A DNA stretch of 64,000 bases, taken from contig JACDAQ010000040.1 of assembly GCA_013695355.1 (NCBI GenBank), positions 2,146-66,145 on the forward strand, in the 5' to 3' direction. This DNA is from Candidatus Protochlamydia sp. Lineage in GTDB: Bacteria; Chlamydiota; Chlamydiia; Chlamydiales; Parachlamydiaceae. This document shows positions 17,015-25,951 of the stretch, in pieces (position 1 is the first letter of the stretch; each line of letters begins with the position of its first letter). Made by a program: the position numbers and the translations under genes. Below the pieces are notes generated by a model that saw only the letters and a program-made list of their open reading frames with translations, was not told where the DNA came from and did not search any database.

Positions 17015-17381
17015 TTAAATTCCCTGGTCTTTCAGTAACAATTTTAACATCCACTATGCGCCCTTTTTGCCATAGCTCTTCAAGAGAATACTTTTCGCGA
17101 AGATCAGGAGTAAAAAGATGGATCACAAAATCAACGTAATCGAGGACCACCCAATCGCCTTCCCTTTCACCCTCAATATGATGAGGATGTTGACCATGCT
17201 TTGACAATTGGTCTACAATGGAGAGGCTCAAAGCTCTCACATGGCGGTCGACGGTTCCTTCGGCTATGACAAAATAATCAGTCATGTTGCAAATATCTTT
17301 GACATCAAGCACTAAGATATTAAAGCCTTTTTTATCAAAAATGGCTTGTGCCACTTCTGTTAATATTTTTTCATTTGACAT
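17007..17381 (-). CDS. rsfS: Ribosome silencing factor
   Basis: 124 aa with DYFVIAEGTVDRHVRAL...GDWVVLDYVDFVIHLF, typical of RsfS/IojAP. 8-nt overlap with fabF. Confidence 0.9.
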   Translation of the reverse strand: MSNEKILTEVAQAIFDKKGFNILVLDVKDICNMTDYFVIAEGTVDRHVRALSLSIVDQLSKHGQHPHHIEGEREGDWVVLDYVDFVIHLFTPDLREKYSLEELWQKGRIVDVKIVTERPGNLNG

Positions 17382-17619
17382 ATAACAATTCTTTGTTGAA
17401 GAGAGAGCATCTCTCTTTTAAAGGAGCATTTTAACAGATTAAATTAGTTAAAAGCCATCATTTTATGCGCAAAATGCTTTGAAAAACATTTACGATAAAG
17501 GCAATTAGGTTGCTAAGGTAAATTTAATCACCACTTAGCATCAATAGAATAAATGAGAGCATTGAATAATTTATTAATTTTGAACAGGTTCTTAGAGCGG
17601 CCCTACGGTATGTTATGTA

Positions 17620-18243
17620 TTATTGAACAGAATATAAAAAATGTTCTTTAATATACCTAAGTACTGTTGCGGGGACAAGATGGCCGCAATAAAGTCCCTT
17701 CGAAAGCCTCAACCTTACCTCAGTTGCCGAAATATCCAACAGCTTCGTTGCTAAGGTCCCTTTTTGAATGGCCTCCTGTATGCACTGATGTGTTTCAGGC
17801 ATTGCGGGTTCGGCACCAAACCGGGAACCGATCAGCAAGGGAACCCGTTGCACAATCCCGTCAGCTTCGCGCCAATTCGAAAATTGATGGATGCTGTCCT
17901 GCCCTAATAATAATAAAAAATTGGCCGGATCCTCTTTTTTATTTTCTTCTTCCATTAAAATGCGAAGCGTTTCGATTGTATAAGAAGGAGGGGCTCTTTC
18001 CGCTTCTACTTTATGGCAGCTGAATTGGGGGATCTCCATGATGGCTTCATTAACCATGGCAAAACGGTGGTTAATGGGTACAGGCAAAGTACCGGCTTTA
18101 TGCGGGTTCAATTGCGCTGGAACAAACCATACTTCATCCAGCTGTGCTTTTTCCATTAGTTCGATCGCCAGATTGATATGGCCAAAATGAACCGGATCAA
18201 AGGACCCCCCCAGCAAACCTATTTTTTGCTTCTTCATATACAA
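17620..18243 (-). CDS. nadD: Nicotinate-nucleotide adenylyltransferase
   Basis: GGSFDPVHFGH nucleotidyltransferase motif near the N-terminus and ISATEVR near the C-terminus. The start could be 18237. Confidence 0.9.
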   Translation of the reverse strand: MYMKKQKIGLLGGSFDPVHFGHINLAIELMEKAQLDEVWFVPAQLNPHKAGTLPVPINHRFAMVNEAIMEIPQFSCHKVEAERAPPSYTIETLRILMEEENKKEDPANFLLLLGQDSIHQFSNWREADGIVQRVPLLIGSRFGAEPAMPETHQCIQEAIQKGTLATKLLDISATEVRLRLSKGLYCGHLVPATVLRYIKEHFLYSVQ

Positions 18244-20433
18244 TTAAACCATAAAAAGCAATTCACGATATTTTGGTAAAGGCCACAGCCGATCATCAAT
18301 CATACCCTCCAAATAATCGACCGAGGCACGGAAGCGTTCCATTTTGGGAATGATCTGCTCTGCAAAGGCTTTGGCTTTAAGCTGCTGGCTTAAATTTTCA
18401 ACTTGTTCCCTTCCTTTCTCGAGGTCTTCCAATCCACGCATCGCTTCTTCGATCCCTTCAGTGAAATGCTTCAAATAATTTACTTGCTTTGTCGAATGAG
18501 ATTGATGCGGAGAGAGGGCCTCTTTAACTTGGCATAGACTTGCTGCCAAAGCATTTTGATGTGATACAGCCGCCGGCAAAATTTGGGTTTTGAATAGATC
18601 TGCCATAAGGTTCACTTCAATGTTCATATTTTGGATATAATGCTCCAGGTAAATATCTTGCCGGCTTTGAAGTTCGTGCTGGGTAAGGATTTGATCGAAT
18701 AAGGCGATGGTTTCGTGACTGGTCAAAGCTAAAAAAGCTTCAGGCGAGTGTTGAAAATTCGGCAGCCCTCTTTTTTGAGCCTCATTGACCCAATCCGGGC
18801 TGTAATTGTCGCCTGAAAAAAGAATTTCTTTGGACATTTTTAAATATTTTTGCAAAACCGGAAGGACCCCCTGGTTCATGAGCATCGCAGAGGTGATATT
18901 TTGGCCATGAATGTTACTCTCGATTTCATCAAGCAACGTATTTAAACTTTCCGCAACAATGAGATTTAATATTGTTACAGCAAAAGCCGGGTTAGAGGAG
19001 GAACCCACACCCCTGAACTCGAATTTGTTTCCTGTAAATGCAAAAGGGGAAGTGCGATTACGGTCTGTGCTATCCTTAGATAAATCAGGGATAATGATCA
19101 GCCCAAAGTCATACCCTTCTTTCATCCTAACCGCAGAAGAGCTTCCTTTTTCCTCAATTTCTAATAATAAAGATTCGAGCTCCTGCCCTAAATAAATAGA
19201 GATGATCGCCGGAGGGGCTTCATGGCCTCCAAGGCGGTAGTCATTAGAAGCCGAGCCGATGGAAGCACGCAAGAGAGAAGAATGTGTATGGACGGCATGC
19301 AATGTCGCGGTCAAAAGGACCAAAAAATGCAGGTTATTATGCGGTGTATCGCTAGGATCGAATAGGTTTACTCCTTCTCCTGTACTTAAAGACCAGTTGC
19401 AATGTTTCCCTGAGCCATTGATACCGGCAAAAGGCTTTTCATGCAGAAGGCAGGCCAGCCCCTGCTTTTGGGCAATTTGCCTCATCAATTCCATTAACAG
19501 AATGTTATGGTCGATAGCAATAGAGGCCTTTTCAAAAATAGGAGCAACCTCATGCTGCGCAGGCGCGACCTCATTATGCCTGGTTTTAACTGGGATGCTC
19601 AATTGGATAGCGGCATTTTCAAAAGCACACATAAAACCTAAGACACGGTCTTTGACAGTTCCAAAATAATGGTCCTGTAATTCCTGCCCTTTAGGAGAAG
19701 AAGCGCCAAATACCGTTCTACCTGCTAAGACAAGATCGGGCCTTAAATTGCGCAAAGAGCGGTCAATAACAAAATATTCCTGCTCTAGACCCAAAGTTGG
19801 GTAAATATGCTGGGCGGAAAGTCCGGTCAGCCGCAGCAGCCTTAAAGCCGCTTTTTCTACTTTTTTCTCGGATCTTAATAAAGGAATTTTAGAATCAAGC
19901 ACATCCCCAGTCCATGAAAAAAAAACCGATGGGATGCAAAGAGTGATCCCGTCTCCTGCTTTCCATAAAAAAATAGGAGAGGAAAGGTCCCAGCCTGTAT
20001 AACCCCTGGCTTCATAAGTACTTCTCAAACCACCTGAAGGGAAGGAAGAGGCATCAGGTTCTCCCTGGATCAACTGTTTGCCGTTAAATTTCTCAATCAC
20101 ACTGTCTTCTGAATTCCAATCAATAAATGAATCATGTTTTTCTGCGCTTGCTCCAGTCAGGGGATGAAACCAATGGCTGTAATGAGTAGCCCCATGTTTG
20201 ATGGCCCATTCCTTAACTACCATTGCAAAAGTATTGGCATTTTCAGATGTTATTTTTTCAAATCCATTCATGGCCTGAATGATATTAGAATAAACGTCAC
20301 GGGATAGCATTTTTTGCATGACGGAACGTGAAAAAACAAATTTGCCAAAATTTTTAGAATTCAGTGAATAGCCTTCATCGATGCTGTTCAAATCCAATTG
20401 ATGTCCCATTTCTTTTAAAATTTGACTTCTCAT
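18244..20433 (-). CDS. glnN: Glutamine synthetase, type III
   Basis: 729-aa length and GS catalytic-domain blocks (NGSGKHCNWS, EVAPAQHE, RLGGHEAPP) fit the long type III form. Confidence 0.9.
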   Translation of the reverse strand: MRSQILKEMGHQLDLNSIDEGYSLNSKNFGKFVFSRSVMQKMLSRDVYSNIIQAMNGFEKITSENANTFAMVVKEWAIKHGATHYSHWFHPLTGASAEKHDSFIDWNSEDSVIEKFNGKQLIQGEPDASSFPSGGLRSTYEARGYTGWDLSSPIFLWKAGDGITLCIPSVFFSWTGDVLDSKIPLLRSEKKVEKAALRLLRLTGLSAQHIYPTLGLEQEYFVIDRSLRNLRPDLVLAGRTVFGASSPKGQELQDHYFGTVKDRVLGFMCAFENAAIQLSIPVKTRHNEVAPAQHEVAPIFEKASIAIDHNILLMELMRQIAQKQGLACLLHEKPFAGINGSGKHCNWSLSTGEGVNLFDPSDTPHNNLHFLVLLTATLHAVHTHSSLLRASIGSASNDYRLGGHEAPPAIISIYLGQELESLLLEIEEKGSSSAVRMKEGYDFGLIIIPDLSKDSTDRNRTSPFAFTGNKFEFRGVGSSSNPAFAVTILNLIVAESLNTLLDEIESNIHGQNITSAMLMNQGVLPVLQKYLKMSKEILFSGDNYSPDWVNEAQKRGLPNFQHSPEAFLALTSHETIALFDQILTQHELQSRQDIYLEHYIQNMNIEVNLMADLFKTQILPAAVSHQNALAASLCQVKEALSPHQSHSTKQVNYLKHFTEGIEEAMRGLEDLEKGREQVENLSQQLKAKAFAEQIIPKMERFRASVDYLEGMIDDRLWPLPKYRELLFMV

Positions 20434-20511
20434 GATGACCTTCTAAGAGCTTGGCTTGAAAAATGATAGAGTGTAAATGTAATTATGCCCAAAGTATAAA
20501 ACGCAGGAGCC

Positions 20512-21210
20512 CTATTCTATTATTTCCCACCCCAAATTCTGGCAGACCCGCTTTAATTGGTAATCTGGTTTTACTCCTATAGCCGTTCCTGCTATTTTTA
20601 AAATAGGCAAATCTAAATAGCTGTCTGAATAGGCTACCATCAAACAAGGATCCAAATCCATTTTGCAGGCTAATCGTTTAACGACTTCCACTTTTTCATG
20701 ACCATCAATGACATGCGAAATATGGGAAAAAAAACCCTGCTCATCGACTTCATAAATTGTTCCATGCCAATTAGTTGTGCCTAAATCACGCGCAATGCGC
20801 TCGACTAAAAAATCAGGCGAGCTGGATAATATTAATGTGTAATCCCCTTTTTTGATTGCTTCGGACAACCGTTTTAAAACCGGAGGATAATAGAGATCAG
20901 CCAGACTTTCTTTGATAAAAGCATCAGCATACTGCTGAATTTTGTGAAAAGAGCGGCCTTTGAATAATCGGTTAAAAATTTTCTGATGAGTCTTCTGAAG
21001 GGACATGTGCAATAATTTATGCCTGGCATAATAACATAAGCAGGCTAATACAGAAAAAAAAGAAAGGGCCCCCTGCTTGTAAAGATATGCACCAAAACGA
21101 TAACTGCAATTTTCTTTAAGAAGGGTATGATCAAGATCAAAAACGTTCAGCCTCAATTTTTCTCCAGAAATATTTTTACTACTAGACAAAATATGAGTTG
21201 TGTTGTTCAT
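20512..21210 (-). CDS. HAD-superfamily hydrolase (subfamily IB-like)
   Basis: DxDxT motif in VFDLDHTLL, a SSSP motif-II region, and a C-terminal YSDSYLDLP (DD-type motif IV). Confidence 0.7.
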   Translation of the reverse strand: MNNTTHILSSSKNISGEKLRLNVFDLDHTLLKENCSYRFGAYLYKQGALSFFSVLACLCYYARHKLLHMSLQKTHQKIFNRLFKGRSFHKIQQYADAFIKESLADLYYPPVLKRLSEAIKKGDYTLILSSSPDFLVERIARDLGTTNWHGTIYEVDEQGFFSHISHVIDGHEKVEVVKRLACKMDLDPCLMVAYSDSYLDLPILKIAGTAIGVKPDYQLKRVCQNLGWEIIE

Positions 21211-21388
21211 GCAAACAAAGTTTAAAAAATAAAGTTTTAAAGCTACACAGGCGAACGATATTAGTTACGGAATATTGGTAGAGGTTAGTTATCTTCTATC
21301 CGACCATTTTGCCGTTTCGATTTTAACGTCTATGGCAATCATTATTTTATTTCCTCATCCTTCTTTTCTGAATGATCAAGCTATAAAA

Positions 21389-23170
21389 CTATTTGCTTTT
21401 CATCTTTGATTGCAGCTCTTTAATCTTTATTTCAATCTCTGTAATTCCCGAATTGGCTTTCTCAAGGCGCTCTTTTTCTTCACCAATTTGAGTTGTCAAA
21501 TTCATAGCCTTTTCGAAATCAAGACTTGAGGAACCAGCGCCCTTGCGTAGAATTTCCAATTGTTTTTTTATTTCGAGCCTTCTTTCGGTTCTTTGATTTA
21601 AAACAGTTTTTAATTGCTGAAGAGCTTGTCTGTCATCATCTGAAAGATTCAGTAAGGCTTTCTCTTTTTTCTCTGTAATAATGTCTTTAAGGGGCTTTAA
21701 AACTTTTTCAATTTCAATTCTTTCATTCTTAGTTAAGGAGGATTCTTGAATTTGGGTCATCAATTGATCTCGGTCAGCAAGCAATTGCTCTACCTCATAA
21801 GATTCATCCTGATTGACAAGTTTAGATGCCAACTCCCTCAGTTGGGTATACTTTTCCCTCTTTTGACGGGTTCGTTCCTGTTCTTGATGATGCCGCGAAT
21901 CTTCCTCTGATTTTTGCTTGGCCTGGATTAGTTTCCTCGCTTCGCCAACTTCATCCCGAAGAAATTTCAATTCATCGCGCCCCATTTCGGTTTCCCGCAT
22001 CAACGAAGAAATTTCATTGAGCTTTTTTTGCGCTTCATCCATCGAATAGCTGTCTCCAAGGATGAATTTTTTGAGCTCTTCAACATGGTGTAGGATATGG
22101 CCGGCATTTTCCTTATAGACCACTTTTTTCTGAGCCCGCTCTTTTTTCCGCTCTTTCTCTTCCAGCTTAATTTTGTCCCAACACTCGCTTAAACGGGCGC
22201 GTGTTTGAGTAAAAGAATGAGTGTTGAGAGTAAGGACTTTGGCTAAACTTTGCAGAGCCTTGATTTCTTCCCTTAGGATATAAAGAGATTCCTGTGAGTG
22301 AGATTCTTCGAAATGCTCCTGAATAAACTGATTGATATCTTCACCAAATAAATGGCTGACTTCTTTGATAAGTTCTTTTCTTTTAGGAAAGACAGAATCA
22401 CCTGCAGAAGAAAGGCGCTGGAAGAATTTGTTTTTTTGCCTGACCCGCATTTCTGTTTTTAGAAGTTCTTTGCGCAAACCATTAATTCTTGAAGCCTGCA
22501 CATTTAGAACATTTAATTGCTTTTGGAGATTCTGGTAAAGAGAAAGGTGGTTTTTTAAAGCATGCGGAAAAGGCAGATCGTCAGGTAAAACAGCTTTTTC
22601 TACCTGTTCATCATATTGTGAGATCTCAGTTTCGAGCGCCTGGATGGCAATTTCAATTTGCTCTACTGCGAAAGCGCTTTGTTCATCAAGTATCTCTTTT
22701 AAACGACGTGCTTCTTTTGAGAGATCGCTGTAACGGTTCCATAACTGGCCGCGCAAGGCAGAAGAGATATTTTCCTTAAATAAAGGAAGGCATAGTCTTC
22801 TTGCTTCCCAAAAACTACGGAAATGAGGTGCACCGCCTTGAGCAAGTGAGCTTTCCATAAAATCGATTGCCATTTGAAGCTTTAGATCGTAGTCTGTCTG
22901 TTCCTGAAATTCTTTGTGAAAGGCTTCAAATTGAGGGGTATGAATGTCTTTTGATTCTTTTTTCTTATCCGGATGCCCGCCTGGTTCAATTTGCAACTCA
23001 GATTCCCCGGGACTCTCGTCTTCCAGATCATCTTCGCGAGGCTGTTGAAAATCTTCTTCAGAATTAGAGTTTGATTCTGAAAGGAACGAGGGGTCGTTAT
23101 CATTTTCAGTTGGCAAGGGTAGAGCGTCTTGAGGCTGTTCTTCGAAACCCATATTTTCAGATTCATTCAT
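21389..23170 (-). CDS. Hypothetical protein with an acidic N-terminus and a long coiled-coil body
   Basis: 593-aa uninterrupted ORF. The first ~80 aa are rich in Asp/Glu/Ser/Pro. The rest is heptad-like and rich in Lys/Glu/Gln. No catalytic motif. Confidence 0.6.
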   Translation of the reverse strand: MNESENMGFEEQPQDALPLPTENDNDPSFLSESNSNSEEDFQQPREDDLEDESPGESELQIEPGGHPDKKKESKDIHTPQFEAFHKEFQEQTDYDLKLQMAIDFMESSLAQGGAPHFRSFWEARRLCLPLFKENISSALRGQLWNRYSDLSKEARRLKEILDEQSAFAVEQIEIAIQALETEISQYDEQVEKAVLPDDLPFPHALKNHLSLYQNLQKQLNVLNVQASRINGLRKELLKTEMRVRQKNKFFQRLSSAGDSVFPKRKELIKEVSHLFGEDINQFIQEHFEESHSQESLYILREEIKALQSLAKVLTLNTHSFTQTRARLSECWDKIKLEEKERKKERAQKKVVYKENAGHILHHVEELKKFILGDSYSMDEAQKKLNEISSLMRETEMGRDELKFLRDEVGEARKLIQAKQKSEEDSRHHQEQERTRQKREKYTQLRELASKLVNQDESYEVEQLLADRDQLMTQIQESSLTKNERIEIEKVLKPLKDIITEKKEKALLNLSDDDRQALQQLKTVLNQRTERRLEIKKQLEILRKGAGSSSLDFEKAMNLTTQIGEEKERLEKANSGITEIEIKIKELQSKMKSK

Positions 23171-23397
23171 AAGGTTACTTTGTAATTGTTTTCAAACGGA
23201 ATTTAGGACGTTTTTGTTAAAATATACCTATAGATCATAGTTATCGGTTTTTTTAAAGTAAATCAAAAACTATGAAATATGAAGCTTTCTACACATAGCT
23301 GATAAATAATGAGCATTTCTGTTCAAATATCTATGATCTGTCCATCTTTAAGAAACATGGGGAATAGCGGCTTTTGGTAAAGCAGCTAGGGCAGCTA

Positions 23398-24435
23398 TTA
23401 CAGAAGCTCATAGTCCTTGCGGATCATGTCAAATACGATCTCAGGATCATGCATGTCTACATCGAGCCAGCGGAATAAAGGCTCTTTCCTGAACCAAGTA
23501 AATTGACGTTTTGCATAATGCCTTGTGGCCTGTTTGAAGGACTTAACAAACTGCTCATATTCGGAAGTTGTTTGAGTTGTCGTCAGGTAATCCAAAGCTT
23601 GCCTGTACCCGATCGCCTGGCATGCAGAAGTATTCTGACGAATCCCCTCCCGGTCAAGTCGCCTGACCTCCTCTATAAAACCTTCCAGCAGCATTTTATC
23701 GCAGCGTAAATCGATTCTTTCATAAAGCTTGTCTTTGGGGCGGTGAAGAAACCAGCAATGAAATTCGTAATTTTGAGGCCTTCTCCGCCCCTTCCATGAT
23801 AATTTACTGACCTTTTTATTGGTCAGCATAATAATTTCCAATGAGCGGATAATTTTTTGCTTATCATTTCGAGTAATTGTCTTGGCATATTGAGGGTCAA
23901 GCTCAAACAGACGTTCATACAATCGATCGGCCCCCTCTTTCTCCATTTCATTTTCTAAAAATTTACGGACTTCGGGAACCGAAGGAGGTCCGCTCGGAGG
24001 ACCATAAAGGAGCGTATGCAAATAAAATCCCGATCCTCCTGCTACAATCGGAGTATTCCCCCGCTCCAGTATTTTTTGGCAGGCCTGGCGCGCCTCATAG
24101 TAGAAATCAACCACGTTAAAACTTTCGCGGATCGTTCGAATGTCGATCAAATGATGGGGAATCAATAATCTTTCTTGTTTGGTGGCCTTTGCTGTACCGA
24201 TATCCATGCCCTGATACACTTGCATTGAATCGGCAGAAACAATTTCTCCGTCCAAAGCATCAGCTAAATTCATGGCAAGGGCAGATTTTCCGCAGCACGT
24301 AGGGCCTGCGATGACAATGACCCTTTTTTTTTTCTTTTGAAAATTTGAAGGCATCTGCTTTTGGACTTCTAAAGCAAAGTTTAGAATGATTTGTTTGACT
24401 TCTTCAGTTTCAACAAAAGTTCCGCTACCAATCAA
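23398..24435 (-). CDS. miaA: tRNA dimethylallyltransferase
   Basis: P-loop GPTCCGKSALA, DSMQVYQGMDIGTAK and PHHLID blocks. Confidence 0.9.
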   Translation of the reverse strand: MIGSGTFVETEEVKQIILNFALEVQKQMPSNFQKKKKRVIVIAGPTCCGKSALAMNLADALDGEIVSADSMQVYQGMDIGTAKATKQERLLIPHHLIDIRTIRESFNVVDFYYEARQACQKILERGNTPIVAGGSGFYLHTLLYGPPSGPPSVPEVRKFLENEMEKEGADRLYERLFELDPQYAKTITRNDKQKIIRSLEIIMLTNKKVSKLSWKGRRRPQNYEFHCWFLHRPKDKLYERIDLRCDKMLLEGFIEEVRRLDREGIRQNTSACQAIGYRQALDYLTTTQTTSEYEQFVKSFKQATRHYAKRQFTWFRKEPLFRWLDVDMHDPEIVFDMIRKDYELL

Positions 24436-24497
24436 GATATTCCTCCCAATCGTTTAACGGCCACTCCACTGTTTGAAGCAATCTAAAAATAGAAATA

Positions 24498-24851
24498 TTA
24501 AAATTTTCGTAGAGCATCTTCTTCCGTTTTAGCTAGTTCTAAAACGTGATCAAATCCGGACATTTTTAAAACGTCCATGACATTGACAGTAATCGAGCAA
24601 AGGACGAGCTTTCCCGATAGCGTTTTTAATTTTTTGGTAATAGACAAAAGCATACGCATTCCAGCGCTGCTCAAATAATCAACTCCTGCAAAATCCAACA
24701 AAAGATTGTGTTTTCCATTATTAATGTAGTCAAAAACTTTTCGCTCGGCCACTGGCGATGAGATAGCATCCAAACGTCCGCTCATTCTGAGAACAAGCAC
24801 ATCTCCCTTCGCATCCTCTTTAACATTCACCAGACTTTCGATATTAGTCAT
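24498..24851 (-). CDS. STAS-domain anti-sigma-factor antagonist (RsbV/SpoIIAA-like)
   Basis: 117 aa with a DYLSSAGMRML block containing the phosphorylatable Ser context (DxxSSxG). Confidence 0.85.
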   Translation of the reverse strand: MTNIESLVNVKEDAKGDVLVLRMSGRLDAISSPVAERKVFDYINNGKHNLLLDFAGVDYLSSAGMRMLLSITKKLKTLSGKLVLCSITVNVMDVLKMSGFDHVLELAKTEEDALRKF

Positions 24852-25408
24852 AAATCCCCAGGAAGAGTGTGAATAGAACTCTTGTTTTTTTCAGATTAGC
24901 AAGTTTGCTGATGAAATTGCAACAAAATAAGGAAATTGGTGCTGGGCAAATCATTTAAATTTAAAGCTAAACTAAATTTGAATAAAAAAAAGCCTTTGGC
25001 CAATTGGATCGAAGCAAGCTTTAAATAGTAAGCGGGTTGCTTGCCCCACCAAACATGTGAAAAAAAAATTTACAATACAAACACTCATTTTTCAAGGGGC
25101 AATAGGAAATTTATTTTCTTAGAATCTAATCATAGATATTGAACAAATTCTTAAGAAGCATTCCTTTTGGGAAATAAATACATCATCTCTTATTTCCCTT
25201 GTATTATCGCATTTGTGCTCTTGATGGAAAGTCAGTTATCGCCATATTCGTCGCATAAGGTTATTATTCCACCAAAGAATAGCGCTGACTATGCTTTCCA
25301 AATAACCTGTCTATTACGTAATAAAAAAAAGAGTGTTTTTATTTACAGTTTAGAAAATAGTGAAGCAAAGAGAGCGTTGAATAGCATTAGGTAAAGCAGC
25401 CATTTTTT

Positions 25409-25492
25409 AACCTAAGTTTTGGTTTCACTTATTGAAAGTAAGGGGTAGTTCCTTAGATTTGTCCTTTCTCTATGAAATATCAAATCGAATAG
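25409..25492. repeat. Solo half-copy of the palindromic repeat found at 47358..47521
   Basis: AACCTAAGTTTTGGTTTCACTTATTGAAAGTAAGGGGTAGTTCCTTAGATTTGTCCTTTC...TATCAAATCGA aligns with the left arm of the 47358 element, with few mismatches. No right arm follows. Confidence 0.6.
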
Positions 25493-25672
25493 CCAAAAAC
25501 TTCGATCGGGAAGCAAAATTTTAAAAGTCTAAAATAACAGTTCTGTTCATTTTTGCTAAAATACTCTGCAATCTGAGCTTTTTATAACAATAAGATCAGA
25601 ATACACGGGTTTTTCTTCGCCTCTTTTGCGAGTACTCAATTAAATTCCGGAAATTAAACAAAAAGGATTTAT

Positions 25673-25873
25673 ATGCCTGTAAATAAAAAAGATGATAAAA
25701 AAAATGCCCCGGTCCAAAAAAGAGATTCTGCAATAGTTCCCAAAAAGGAAGAAGCTGGAAAAGGAGGAAAACCTGAAAAAACATCAAATACCCAAAGCTC
25801 CATTTCAAATAAACCAGTGACAGCGCTATCTACGCAAGGAAAAAAGAAAAAACCAAATGAGCTAAATAGCTAA
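25673..25873 (+). CDS. Possible small lysine-rich basic protein
   Basis: 66-aa ORF of low-complexity Lys-rich sequence (KKDDKK, GKKKKP) with AGGA 7 nt upstream of the ATG. It could equally be non-coding. Confidence 0.3.
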   Translation: MPVNKKDDKKNAPVQKRDSAIVPKKEEAGKGGKPEKTSNTQSSISNKPVTALSTQGKKKKPNELNS

Positions 25874-25951
25874 AACACCCCTTTCAAAAATTTGGTATGA
25901 CGAATAAAATACGGCCTAAACGACCTACTATAATATGATAGGGGTCGTTTT

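Noticed and set aside
25167..25808. ORFs 25167..25394 (+) and 25596..25808 (-) in the long intergenic gap
   Set aside because: The first has a TTG start and no SD, both have implausible composition, and the second overlaps the Lys-rich ORF antisense. I could not support either.
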